64,000 nt of DNA from Lytechinus pictus (lineage: Eukaryota). A program made the translations under genes and the position numbers. Numbering within the stretch: position 1 is the stretch's first letter; each line of letters opens with the position of its first letter. The stretch covers positions 14,880,001 through 14,944,000 of the forward strand of contig NC_087249.1 in assembly GCF_037042905.1 (NCBI RefSeq), written 5' to 3'. Shown here piece by piece: positions 10,428-23,512 of this stretch. The notes under the pieces were generated by a model. It saw nothing but the letters and a program-made list of their open reading frames with translations. It was not told where the DNA came from and made no database searches.

Positions 10428-13400
10428 TTAATATGACAACAAATAAACTTTAAGATTTTTTTTGAAAGTATTCAAAAAGACATTCTCCGTAATCGAAGTT
10501 GGTAATGAGTTCCATACTGTGGGCCCTGTATATCTAACTGTTTTTTGCATATACTGCTTATCAATATTCCAGATATGTAATTTTTTACTATTTCGAGTGT
10601 TATATTTGTGAATCATAGAATTAGTTTCAAACATATTGGCAAGAGGAGGCAAAACGGTTCCTTTGATACACTTGAATACAAAAATGGCAATTTGATAAGT
10701 GTTCAATTTATAAATATCTAATGTGTTTAACTGTTTGAATAGAGGTTTAGAATGAGCTAAATAATGCGAGTTTGTACAAATACGCAAGCAACGCTTTTGC
10801 AGTAAAAACAATGGTTTCAACTTTGAAGGGGTTGAATTTGCCCAAACGATATTACCATAGGACAAATAAGATAAAATTAGTGAATTATAAATAGTAAATA
10901 ATATATTCAGTGGTAAATAGTGTTTAAGTTTTGAAAGTAATCCTGTAGTTTTGCTGATTTTTGAAGAGATCATTGTAATATGAGGCTTCCATGAGAGATT
11001 CTCATCTAATAGTATACCTAGGAATTGTATGTTAGATACTCTTTCAATAAGAGTTTCATCTATATATAATGGGGGTACTTCATATATTACTTGCTTTCTA
11101 CTACTCTGTATTGTTTTGAAAAGAATACATTTTGTTTTTGCTAAATTTAGTGATAATTTGTTAACTTTAAGCCACAATGATACCTTTTTGATTTGTTCAT
11201 TAAACTGATTAACTAATAAATGTATATTGTTATTACTCATAAACAATGAAGTGTCATCAGCAAATTGTATAAACTTTAAGAAAGGGGCAGAGTTACAAAT
11301 ATCATTTATGTATAAGAGAAATAATAGGGGGCCCAAATTTGATCCTTGCGGAATTCCGCATTCCATCAGCAATTGTGAAGAAGTACACCCATTATATTCT
11401 GTAAACTGATATCTATTAGAAAAATAACTTTTGATCCATTTCAATGCTATCCCTCTTACACCATAATTAGCCATTTTCTCAAAAAGTATAGAAAAATTTA
11501 TAGTATCAAAGGCCTTACTCAGGTCCATAAAAACACCAAAAATAAACTGGTTTGAATAAAAAGCATTAACAATTCTATCATGAACAGATATCAAAGCAGA
11601 ATCTGTAGAAATATTTCTTCTAAATCCATACTGATCATTATGTAATACTTTATGTTTTGCTAAAAAATCATATAACCTATTGTAAAATATTTTCTCAACA
11701 ATCTTTGAAAAGCAAGAAAGGAGTGATATAGGGCGATAATTACCGATTATTTCTTTATCCCCCTTTTTAAATATTGGAATAATTTTTGATACTTTTAATT
11801 GCGAAGGTACTATCCCTGCGTTAAGTGAAAGATTAACTATATGAGTTAGGGGTTTTGCTATTGCATATCTAACATACTTAACAACGTCGGGACTAATGTC
11901 ATCCCATCCACAAGACTTACCATTCTTAAATGAACCAATTATTTGATAATTTCATCCTCATTAGTAGGTTTCAAGAATAAACAGTCTTTAAGAGGAGGAC
12001 TCAAAAAAGAAGAAAAATAGTTATCACTGTAATTACTATTTTTAATTGAAGATGCTAATTTTGGTCCAATGTTATTGAAATATTTATTAAAAGTGTTAGA
12101 TATTACCTCAGGATCGCTTAAAGTGTTTCCTTCATGTTTAAAATGTTGTGGTAAAATAGACTTTTGTTTATGAATTACATCATTTATCAATTGCCATGTT
12201 TGCTTAAGATTAGTTCTACAATCATTAAATTTTTGATAAAAATACACCTTCTTTGCTTTTCTAAGTTCTGATGAAATATTGTTTCGAATTGCCTTATATT
12301 TCTTTTCATTTTCTTTTACAGGGTAGCAACGAAACTTTTTATACAGTTTATTTTTCAGTTTGATTTTTTTTAGCAAGTCAAATGTTACCCATGGTTTCTT
12401 TATTTTATTTTTCTTACTTTTCTTAACAAGTAAAAATGATTCATTGTAATGTGTTTGAAATTTAGAAAAAAAGAGATTGTATGCGTTATTAGGACATATG
12501 CTTTCATAAACATCTAGCCATTGTTCACAACATAGTTTGCGAAAGAATGATTTCTTTGTCTTGTCGTTGATTACCCGTGTTTTCTTTTGCATCTCACTTT
12601 TCTGATACATTGGCATGTTGCTTACTATGACGAAGACCGGTAGGTGATCTGAAACATCAGAGTAAATGATGCCACTTTTCAAATCTGAAGTGTATGAATT
12701 AATAAAAATATTGTCGATTAATGACACAGAAGTTTTTGTAATTCTTGTCGGTTTACTTATCATAGGCCTTAAACCATTTGAATATATATTATTTAAAAAA
12801 GTATTTACCCTAGTATCAATAGAAGACTTTAATAGGTTCAGATTAAAGTCACCTAATACATATACATTTTTGTTTTCTTTTGCCAGAGACTGTAGAATAT
12901 TATCCAAATTATCATTGAATTCTAATATATTTGAATTTGGTGGCCTATAGACAAGTAATATCAAAATATTTTTCCCACGTGGGACTTGAATTTCGAGAGC
13001 AAAACATTCTTGACAATTCGTTATCAGACTTAGATCATTCCGTATTGAATATGTAACAGTAGTTGAGATAAGAAAAGCTAAGCCGCCTCCTCTACTTGAT
13101 TTTCGATCTAAATGAATAAATTCATAATCTTGAATGTGAAATATAGGGAGGGAATTATCCGAAATCCAGGTTTCCGTAAGCCCAACCACTGAAAACGGAT
13201 AATCTAAGGAATGAATTAATTGTTCTATATTAGATGAGTTCTTATTTAGGCTTCGACAATTTATATGCAACAAACCAAAGTCAAATTTATCATTTTTTCC
13301 TCTATATTTACAACAAAAATCTTCTGGAAGAATATATTGACAATCTTGAAGCAACGGATTGAAATTCCTGTCCGGATCAAGACCAATGACATCATCATCC

Positions 13401-13693
13401 TCATCATTAGTTATGTCATTAAGAGTCTGTGTAACTTGTGTAATCAATTCTGTGTCATCATGTTCAACAGAATCAAGAACATTTTCAATAAATTCTATGT
13501 TGTCAGAAATGTGATTAAATGGGAAAATATTACATAGACATTCATAGCATATCCAATCAGTTGGGTATCTTTGATATGCATTTGATACCAATCCACAATT
13601 ATCTGCGTGATATTTCAAACAGTTAGTGCACTGTATACCATTACCATCTATACAGTCACAAGTACATTCACTGAACGTTAAATTGTTGATCAT
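10428..13693 (-). CDS. LINE ORF2 (PHD-like Cys finger, APE endonuclease, reverse transcriptase) with one 1-bp frameshift near 11942
   Basis: HINCRSL, GLTETW, VYRPP, LGDFN, IDNIF, SDHLP (APE); after the shift KSCGWDDI, NYRPISLL, QYGFR, DLSKAFD, PQGSNLGPLLF, FADD, FLGILLD in one open frame. Confidence 0.93.
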
Positions 13694-14039
13694 TTACATA
13701 CTGATCAAAGTGAATTATTATCCTGAAAGTACCAATCCCAATGGAACCTGTATGGCTACATGTAAATAGAATAACAACTAATGGAAATGCAGTGAGCATT
13801 TTGGGCGAGAAACATCTAAAAATGGTAATAAAACCATATATAACCAAGTCTAGTAATAAAGAAGTGCACATTTTGAGAGAGAACCAACAACCATAAAACA
13901 ATGGAGATAAAAACAAGAATAAGGCAGTCGAAAGGCAGTACTTAGCTTATAAGCACTACTACTACTACAGACTATTTACAAGTGAACAGGAATATGAAGC
14001 TGTTCTTCAGTCTTATAATCTTATTCAGAGCCAGGAGCC

Positions 14040-14987
14040 TTAAAGGCTTTTACACAAGTTGTTGAGTTGACTTAATGAAGTTATAAGTTTTTTTACTGGC
14101 TCACTTCCGTTCGTCTTCACAGTGGCAAAAATTCTTCCGTCATAATACCATGCGTTTTCAACCATTGGATTTTTTCTCGCGGCCATTAGAAGTTTGAACT
14201 TTTCATTGACTAAGTCTTCTGCTAATGTGAGTCCTGATCCTTTCAGCTTCTTCTTGATTAGCATTATCTCATTTCGTTTTCTGTAAGAACAAAACTTTAC
14301 CAGTATGGACCTTGGTCTAGGCTTATCAACTGCAACCTTCCTCTTGGTCTCAGTAGTTTTTTTCTGCGTGCCCTTACCGACATCAGGCAGTCCTTCAGTG
14401 ATGGGTGTACTGTCGACGGCAGATGTGATGTCCTGGATGTCTTTGACGTTACGTGTGGCGATACCTGGAGGCCTCTTGCCAACTCTGTGGGACCTATCAA
14501 TGTCTCCATGCGTCAGGGGGCAACCAAGAGTTTTGGTGACAATATCAATAACAATGTTATCAGTGTTTTCATTCAATGACTCATCAACACCATAGATTCT
14601 GAGAGAATTGCGGCGACTATATTGTTCGAGCTCTGTGATTTCATTTTCAAGGTGCAACAGCTTTTCAGTTGTTTTTTCAAGAAAATTTTCAGTATGAACC
14701 ATATTACTTTGTGATTTATCAATTTCATTTCGTATATCATGCAAGGTTCCATCTATCATGTCTATTCTTTCTTCATTTTTGTTTATTCTTGCAGATAGTT
14801 TAGCTCTCACATCATCGATGCATTCCTCAATCAACTTCTTGAGTATTTCTTTAAACTCTTTATCCTTGAAAATTTCTTTCACAATTTCAGTTATACCGGT
14901 ACTACTTCCTTTAACTTTACTCTTTTTGTCAGCTTTGGCTTCTGACTTCGTACCTGAACGTAGAGTAATCGAGTTCTCTTCGGACAT
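14040..14987 (-). CDS. LINE ORF1 (coiled coil + RRM + CTD, L1-ORF1/Transposase_22-like)
   Basis: LEQYSRRNSLRIYGV.E..NENTD, DIDRSHRVG, PRSILVKF, EDL, AWYYDGRIF motifs. Confidence 0.92.
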   Translation of the reverse strand: MSEENSITLRSGTKSEAKADKKSKVKGSSTGITEIVKEIFKDKEFKEILKKLIEECIDDVRAKLSARINKNEERIDMIDGTLHDIRNEIDKSQSNMVHTENFLEKTTEKLLHLENEITELEQYSRRNSLRIYGVDESLNENTDNIVIDIVTKTLGCPLTHGDIDRSHRVGKRPPGIATRNVKDIQDITSAVDSTPITEGLPDVGKGTQKKTTETKRKVAVDKPRPRSILVKFCSYRKRNEIMLIKKKLKGSGLTLAEDLVNEKFKLLMAARKNPMVENAWYYDGRIFATVKTNGSEPVKKLITSLSQLNNLCKSL

Positions 14988-16325
14988 GCTACCCGGAAGT
15001 GTAATGTAAACATCACAAGAATTGCATCGTGTGGGACCGAAGTGCCAGTTCGAGCGAAGATAATGTTACCACTCTCAGAACAATCTCACAACAATCCACT
15101 TAATCGAGAACATAAATTACCATTTATGCAGCTCTGTCCGACTGTCCAACTTAAACTTCAGTTTTGCTTCAATTTGTCAAATTTTGGAGCATAAATCGTC
15201 TCAGAGAAAAATAAATCTGGATCACCAATATAGCGCCATCTATATAAACTCGTTTCCTTTGCTTTTCTTTCCTTTTTTTTTTCTTGGTTGAAGAACTTTT
15301 GGGGACCATGGCCCAACCCTTCCATAATCATATACGGCAGTGCTATGCGGTTGGGGTCTGTCTGGAGCTCCCGGAACTTCTTGATATCAAAGCCATATAA
15401 ACCTCGAAGATTGCCGCTATTTTTAATGAAATCGCGGGTATATACAGAATATAGCTGTTACACAACACATTCATATATGTTTATGAAGGGAGAGAGAGAG
15501 AGAGACAAAGATTACATCAGTGCGAGATAATGCATTACATGTAACTGTTTAATTAAGCCAATTAGTACAAACATGAATTATCTAAAAAGACCCATTTTCA
15601 TTCTGTTTGGTTGCCATGTCCCTGTTGAAGGTCAACTTTCCATGCCTATCGATCCAATAAATCTGTCAACATCACCACAGTAATTGTTATTATTATCATT
15701 ATCATCATCATCATTATTATTATCATTTATTCGGCAAAGGAAATTACAAAAAACCCAATACATTTCAGCATAAACAATACAAGATAAGAAATATCAAACA
15801 CTGGAACGCCAGGGACAGAAGAAATTAACCAAATTACTGTGGCATAACATAAAGCCTTCTGTCCCAATTCCAATGGTTGATTCACAATCTACATTATAAT
15901 ATAAAGTAAACAATGATAAAGTACTAGTAATGTGAAGGGATATGACATGCGAAAGGAGTATTCGAAAACAATGTGGGATATAGATCAATTGCAATTTAAA
16001 CTATATGAGTCACTCTCCCCAATAATGGTGGAGTCTTGCAAAAGTTACAAACCTCGATCTACGACTATCCTTGGAAAGAGTAGCTTGGAGAACTAAAACA
16101 GGAATAGACCTGCCACGCAAGAACCGACATTCGAACTGATGGTGAATAGCCGTTGTTACACTAGGAAATTAGGTAGCCTCTTATGGGTCGCAAATTCAAC
16201 GCGGAATATTTTGTTTAAATGGGATAACGTGAGGGAAACAATCATAAATGAATCATTCGATCGTGACCTACTGAATTCCTAAAGTCCATCCTGATAAAAA
16301 TGGTTCATAAGTATATTGGTGATGG

Positions 16326-16600
16326 CTAAAGCGAAGACTGAGCAGTCTTGGAGCTACCTTGGGGTAAAGAGACGGATGCGACTGAAGTTGGAGGTTGATC
16401 ATCGTGACCGTTACCGGGTACAGAATGCTCTGACGGGTCGGTAGACTGATTTATGGATCCGGCAGGAGCAGCAGGATCTTGGTTCTGTGTTTGGCCTTGG
16501 TTTGGATCCTGCTGATCTGGTTCCGATACGCAGCACATGAGACAGGAGAGCCATCTGTAGAACGATTGCCCACAGGAAGCTTCAGGCAGCGGGAATTCGC
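16326..16600 (-). CDS. Terminal coding exon of the multipass membrane protein, copy A
   Basis: Acceptor ttgtttctttattatcctAG at 16602-16601; phase 1 matches the donor at 17759; reads (G)EFPLPEASCGQSFYRWLSCLMCCVSEPD...AQSSL*. Confidence 0.8.
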
Positions 16601-17759
16601 CTAGGATAATAAAGAAACAAAATCGAGATTGATCTATTTAGAGATGATAATTTGCTTTTCTTAAAGGGTTTAATGTTTAGCTATGATAAGGGTAGAGGTC
16701 GAAGGGTATGATGATGATTTTTCTACCATGAATTAACACGAGGCTATTTTGCAATTACTGTCTTATAGGCATTGCGCCCTCTCCAGTGCCTAGAGTACAC
16801 ACTAATGTTGCTTCTACTTCTATCGCAGTACATTTTTTTGCAGGGGGGAGCAAGACACAAATAGATTTTGAAGAAACTAATGGGGCGCTTTTAAATTTTC
16901 TAAAGTGAATTAGAAGGATTTCAAGCACACCTTTGTTGAAGCTAGTGATATTTTTCATAAAAATGTAAGTTTCTTAAATTTCGGGGGGGGGGGGGCTGGG
17001 GCTTTTGCGACTAGATGGATATGAACAGGTAAGGTTCTCCTTACGTTGTTCATGGTACATAAAGAATATTATACCCCTTACTGAAAATTTGTTATTGATT
17101 GGTCGAGGGCCCTTCACGCGTGACTAATCATAATTTCACCCGACCATAAGATCAAAATAGTTGGTGACGTCGGGGTAGAATAGTTTTTTTTTTAAATAAT
17201 ATTTTGGGTCCGACTGAAAACCACGCAATCATCACTCAGGCACAGCGCACGACGGACTGCCTCCACCGGGTAAGTCTTGTGATGCAACGGCGCTCGACGC
17301 AGGGGTCTGCTCATGGGTCTGCTGAGAGATGAGCGCAGCGCAATCAACACAGGTAAAAATGCAATGCTAGCTGAATCACAAACTCTCCGATAAATAACTG
17401 TCAATGTGAAATCGCGTCTTCCTTGTTTACAATGAGTCTGTATGCTGAAAATAAAATAAGTGATGACCATCATTAATTAGATCATCGAATGATTCGGGCC
17501 CCTTGATTTTAGTTCAGCAGGGTTAGTTCACAATCGGTAAGAGGAATTATGAGAAGATCGATCTCACTAGTTCAGCCGCCGCGCCGCGCAACACCAAACC
17601 ACCTTGGGTGATGCTTGGGAGCCGACGGTAGTTTATTCTCGGTCGGTCTGGCAATGTTACTATGTTTAAGTAGTAATTGCCGAACCAACCTCGGACAACG
17701 ATATGTCCACTATACTTTCTCAAACCAAATATATTTGTATGATATAAAAGGTGCATTAC

Positions 17760-19641
17760 CTGTCTGGGCGTACTCTCTTAGATCCTTTTCGAGTTTCATG
17801 AGTTTGTCTTGGGTGCTGTTCTTTGCTTTTCCACCAGCTGTAAGAGAACTCCCTCCTAATCTCCCTGCAGCCGCAATCACCAAAGGTACTGTTGTGACAA
17901 CGTACTCGACGAATGAAGAAACATGAGTGGTTCTGTCAATGAAGACAACAATGAGAGCGACGATGACAAGAAAGACTATTCCGATGATGATGTGCTTGAT
18001 AGTATTGAAGACATGACTGTACAAAGGTAGCCATTTTCGGATAATGTCACGGAGGAGACTGGACTCTATCGTGAATTGTAATTGCGGAGATCCGTCACCT
18101 GTCTGCTGAAAGATTTTGTTTTGCAAACTGTCATCCCGGTCCACTTTTGTGCCGACAGAGTGAATCTTGCTGAAGAGGTGTTGGTAGCTGTCAAAAAACT
18201 GAATTATGTTAGCAACAAAGAAAAATGCACCAAGGATGATATTGATCCAGACGGGGCTTCCATACCTAATATTTATGGCTATTCCAATTGAGGTTAAAAC
18301 AATGATTTCGACCAAGAGCATAGCTGTCGCTGAGAATCGGAAAAAACAGAAAATTACCACAGCAATGTAGTAAAGAACCCTCGTCTTCTTACTCTTCCAG
18401 TTGTATTGTTCCTCAATGAATTGTCCTTGAGTACCATTGTCACTAAGGCGGTACTTGTAAATAAAGTACAAGAAAACTACAGCTCCATCAATGTATAAGA
18501 TGTTGGCTAATCCAAAATCAAGACCCCATGCATTGGTTCGGGTGAACATCTCTCCACGCTGGAAACTTCTGTAAGCGTATTCATCAACTCGGGTGGCATA
18601 CCACAGGAAAGCTACAAAGTAAATGATGAATGGTACAGCATAAACCAAGGCCCAGTATGTCATGTTGAACATTTTGTGATGCCGTGTGTTATTTGAAGCA
18701 AGCATGAGCAACACAGGTGGGATAAGATTGATTCGTAAGATGTTTACTGACTCTCCAGAGCCTTCATCCTGGTAATTAAAATTTCTGGAGTAGATCCTCC
18801 ACAATTCCCAGATGAGGGCCAACAAGAGCAATATGTAAGTAATCCCAAAAGAAATAGTAACGATAGTACATCCAATTGTAAACGAAGGGTAAACTAAACA
18901 GTTGTCCTGATCACATGTCTCTATATTCATGATATTCCAACATTCGTAATAGCTGCTCGATTGCAGATCGAAGAGACTATAACCAGGAATCAACGTAGCC
19001 CCAAACAACGGTGAGCTTAAATACCTTTCTTTACATAAGACGTCATCCTTGACATCCTGTGAAGCACCACCTGTATTCTTCAACTGACGCCGAACTTGAC
19101 GCAGGACTTTGGACAATGTATATCCCAAGCAACCATCGGAATACGATTCGTTTAATGCTCCAGTGTTGTCGATTGTGACATTGACCCAGTGAAACCCGAA
19201 GCTCAGAGTGTTCAGAGACAAAGACTTGTTGTCGTAGGGGAAATGGAGTAAGGTTTTTCCCCTGCCACCAAGCCCCCAGTGCCAGACCGATGGGTTACTC
19301 TGCTCTGAGTTGTCTGGTAGGTTGTCATCGATAAAGACGAGATTGATTCGTACTAGGCTAACATAATCGTTGGTAACATTAAGTCTTGAGATGATTCCCT
19401 GCACCGTGCCATCAGAAATGTTTAGCTCTTTGGTGCACGGTAAGTCCATCTTTGTGTCATTTTGGATGAACAGCGAGTCGCTGTCCAACGAAAAACGGCG
19501 ATATATGGCAGAATCCTCAAGGTCCAGAGACGTCCCCTTGTGTTGCGTTAAGAGCAGTACCATAAGCAAGGAGAGAAGAAATAACAGAGGGATGCCTACC
19601 ATCAATTTCCTGTTGATGTTTAATTGCTTTTGGTGAGCCAT
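17760..19641 (-). CDS. Uncharacterised multipass membrane protein, main exon, copy A (627 codons; ~718 aa spliced)
   Basis: 1.9-kb open frame; N-terminal hydrophobic anchor, ~220-aa Cys/sequon-containing ectodomain, 7-8 further hydrophobic segments; acceptor AG at 19661-19660; donor AG|GTAATG at 17759. Confidence 0.9.
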
Positions 19642-19814
19642 TCTGGGTATCTTTGCAATCTACAAATATAAAAAATGTCAATACTAAAATTAATTATGTT
19701 ACCGGGATTCCTTTAATAGGTACACTCATATCAATTTTTTTTCGAGAAAAGGTTATATTTCGTTTTCAACATCATGATTTTAGTCTAGGTGAATTGATTT
19801 TCTATTTCTTTTAA

Positions 19815-20397
19815 AGGGATGGTCCGGGCTGAAAATATTTATACCTTAATACATAAAGTAGAATTTACTGAGAAAAATGCCGAAAATTTCATCAAATCGG
19901 ATAACAAATAAAAAAGTTATAGAAAATTAAAGTTTAGCAATATTTTGTGAAAACAGTCGTCATGAATATTCATTAGATGGGCTGATGATGTCACATCCCC
20001 ACTTTCCGTTTTCTTATGTTGTTTATACATAAAATCATATTTTTTTCATTATTTCATACTTGTGTGAATAATATGTCTACCTTATAATAAAATAAGTTGC
20101 AGTAATAAATATCTAATGCACTAAATCAGTTGTCAATCCAATTTTTCTAGTTCTTGGAGGAAAAAAATTGAATAAACCTAATTTTATATGATAAAATACA
20201 AAAGAACAAGTGGGGATATGACATCATCAGCCCACCTAATGAATATTCATGACGACTGTTTTCACAGAATATTGCTAAATTTCAAAATTTAATAACTTTG
20301 TTATTTGTTATCCGATTTTGATTAAATTTTCGGCATTTTGCTCAGTGAATTCTACTCTATTTATTAAACTATAAATATTTCAGCCCGGACCATCCCT
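19815..20397. mobile_element. Kolobok-type MITE
   Basis: TTAA TSD, AGGGATGGTCCGGGCTGAAA termini, ~200-bp TIRs. Confidence 0.88.
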
Positions 20398-20499
20398 TTA
20401 AGATGATAATTCATGTTAATTTTTGGGTCATGTGGGCCTTCCCATACATTGCTCGCTCGTAGCCCGGCTCCACGTCACACCATAAGTATACACTAAATA

Positions 20500-21650
20500 C
20501 TAGTAAACCAAAGAACATGATATTTGGGTCCAAGCAGCGGCTCCATAATTTTAAAAATGTTAAGATTGTTAATGGTAAAAGGGAAAATGAGTGAGTATCC
20601 AGTAATAAGTATCTAGGTGTCATACTCGATGAAAAAATTTAATACGAGAGGCGCATAGATCACATCGCTGAAAAGATTTCAAGAAAAATTGGATTTCAAC
20701 GTCGATCTGCAAAGCTTTATATCCCGGATGACATTTTTACACTACTCTGTAATGCTTTGCTCATGCCTAATTTGATTATTGTGACGTAGCTTGGTCTAAT
20801 ATTTCACTCGGTTTCCTTGACAGACTTACTAAATTGCCAACAGAATGACAAGAATGATCTTAGGGGCCCATCCGCGAACTCATTTATTTTTCTGTCCTAT
20901 AATGGAGAGATCTCTTTTCCAGACGGCATTTTCACCGAAATGTGTGAAGTATTTAAATATGTTAACTGTATTGCTCCCTCATATTTAAGTGAACGATTCA
21001 TTAAACATAATTATGATAGACAAGATAAATGTCCACTGTCTCTCTTCAGGTAAACAGTGTACAATAATAGGGGCAAGAGGACGTTTCAATACATCGGGAC
21101 CGCCGACTGGAATAATCTTCGGATAGATCAACGCTAGACAATATTCCTCAACTCATTCCGTGCCTCAATTAACGAATGAAAATGGATAAGCCTTGCAATG
21201 CAAGATACACAACAATGAGTAGTTGATTTATATTCTAATTGGGCAACATTTACGTTACTCCAATTCTACTCATTACTCATTCCTCAACATATTCTCAAAT
21301 TATTTCTTAATCAATTGAACAATACTCTAATACCAGTCATCCTTCCGTTTCCTGTTAAATCGTATTTAGCGGTTTCCGATTGCCTTAACCTTTTTTATTT
21401 GTCTTAACTTTAAAGTAAAGCTATTTTTGCAATTCAATATGATCTTTTATATGGTTGTATTTTAATGCTTATCAATCTATTTTTAAAGAAATAATGTAAT
21501 ACCTGTATATGCCATTTTGATTGATATATTCTTTGTAAATATTGCAGAAGTTGATTTTTTATCCCAGGGCCCTCAAGGACAGTAGTTTATGTAACTGAGG
21601 CCTCCCTGATTAACTAAAACTGAAAATGATTAATGAATTGATAAATGAAT
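20500..21650 (+). mobile_element. Decayed CR1/L2 LINE 3' fragment
   Basis: KYLGVILDE, HIDHIAEKISRKIG and FDYCDVAWSN remnants; 3' stem-loop near 21565-21608. Confidence 0.75.
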
Positions 21651-23512
21651 TAAAAATATTAATAAATATATGACATTTTGCCAAGGACGAGATGACACAG
21701 AAACAATTGTTTTTAGTGGCAGCGTGTCTCAAATAAAAGGTCCCTGCCATTTATCACTAGAAAATTATTAATTCAAGTTTGATATGAAATATAGGTTACA
21801 TATTTGGAAACCTCAATTTATTTACAGGTCTTCGCTAGTCCCGAGTTCAGTTCACAAACCCTGACACGCGATGGTATAGGTACATGTATATGTCATATGA
21901 ATTCAATGAATTCAGTTATCATAACAAAAATAATGAGGAGTCGATAAGACTGACCAGTACATGTATATATTTGGCGTCCTTAAGTTCAAAGCCCATTTTG
22001 GCACCCATTACTTATCAATTTGGCAACGCTCAAGTTTGATCAATATGACGCCCCTACACGTTTAAGATCAGTTCAGTTGACATTGCCCCCCCCCTATATT
22101 CCGCATTATAACGCATTTTCCTCCTAATGTCCCCCCTTGTCTTTCTCTCTACATTCTATAATCCCTATTCGCTTCTTTTTTCTCCCCCTTTTCCTTTCTT
22201 ATCTTTCCCCTATTTATCTCTCCATTCACTTTTTTTCGCCCCCCCCCCCTTTCGCACCAACCTTTTATTTCGCCTATCCGGTTAAAATTGCCTCGTTGTG
22301 GCCTCCCCTGGATACACGCATGATGCTCCCTCGCATTTCCGTAAATCACTGTGTCATCTATGCTGTTTGTGTTATTATCCAGGGTATTGCAGGGGAGAGA
22401 GTCAGCTTTCGATTAACCTTCCTGCGGCAAACCATATTCTAGACAACATCCGCCATCCAGCAAATATCCGGGAGAGTTTTTTTGTTTTTCAAGGGGGAGG
22501 AGGGAGGGGGTACTCGGGTTTGGAATGGGTTGGGGAGTGTGGCCCCAAACTGATACCATAGTTGAAGACCTATACAGTTATGCTAACGTTAACCGATTTA
22601 TTCAGTTATAATGGGGTGGTGGAAGTTCTTGGACGAACCTCGCTTTTATAAAACATACTAGTGCTGAATTTGGCATCCAACTCTATTCTACAGCCTAGAC
22701 AATAACATAAATAATTTTCCTGACCTGTATGAATGGTTTATATTAAAGGTACCCAATCTTTTACCAGAACTGGAGTACGTCCCATAATACATTGATGAAC
22801 GTGCTCTTATTGTAATTGCCGATCTACCCCCACGACATTCGTCTACCACATGTTTCATCTGATCCCACATGGGCTAATCCTAGTTCGTCTACAGCCACTT
22901 CGTCTATCCTGGTCTGACATTCAATTCAATTCAATTAAATTCAAATAAACATTTATTTTCTTCCATTACGTTACATTTTTCATAAATATTAATTAAAAAA
23001 AAACTATTTGTTATTAAAAAATTAAATATGTACATATCGAGTTTAAAGAAGATAGCGTATACCCTAAAAGATGAGGCTTGTGGCGGGATACGCCTATAGA
23101 CAAAAATACAATACAATTCAGCCCAGATGTTACCTCGTTTGATTTCCATGATAACCATTTGGTATAATGTCCACATGATCTACTCCACCTAGTCTATTAT
23201 GCTTTAATAGGTGAACTGTTTTAAGAACCATATTGTTAGTAGACGAAGTGGAAATTAGACCAACAGGGCGTTAGGCGAAATGAGAATTAGAATAAGTGGG
23301 TATTAGAGCAAGCGTAGATCGTATGACAATTAAAACCAACAATAGTGGAAAAATTAATATAAACCACATGTATCTTTAACCGACATGTGTTAGTTAACTT
23401 AGATTTAGAAACTGTATACATGTACGCCTACACATCTGCACATGGGAAATACTTATATCATACTACTATTATATCATGTAACAGAAGTAATCATGTAAAT
23501 AATGAAACTTAC

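Larger units (their letters stand above)
9999..15247 (-). mobile_element. Full-length non-LTR retrotransposon (CR1/L2 group), ~5.25 kb
   Basis: ORF1 + ORF2, (TTGAA)n tail, 7-bp TSD ACTCGTT at 9992-9998 and 15248-15254. Confidence 0.93.
9499..15342. mobile_element. Probable older MITE (CAGCGGCGTA...TACGGCAGTG) split by the LINE insertion
   Basis: Degenerate inverted ends and a poly-G tract; no TSD recognisable. Confidence 0.45.

Noticed and set aside
13668-13916. Third ORF in the LINE inter-ORF spacer
   Set aside because: Non-ATG start, low-complexity hydrophobic composition, no recognisable motif
17040-17710. GC-rich intronic segment with imperfect hairpins as a possible ncRNA or transposon
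   Set aside because: No TSD, TIR or recognisable RNA-family motif; conservation in copy B only reflects recent duplication
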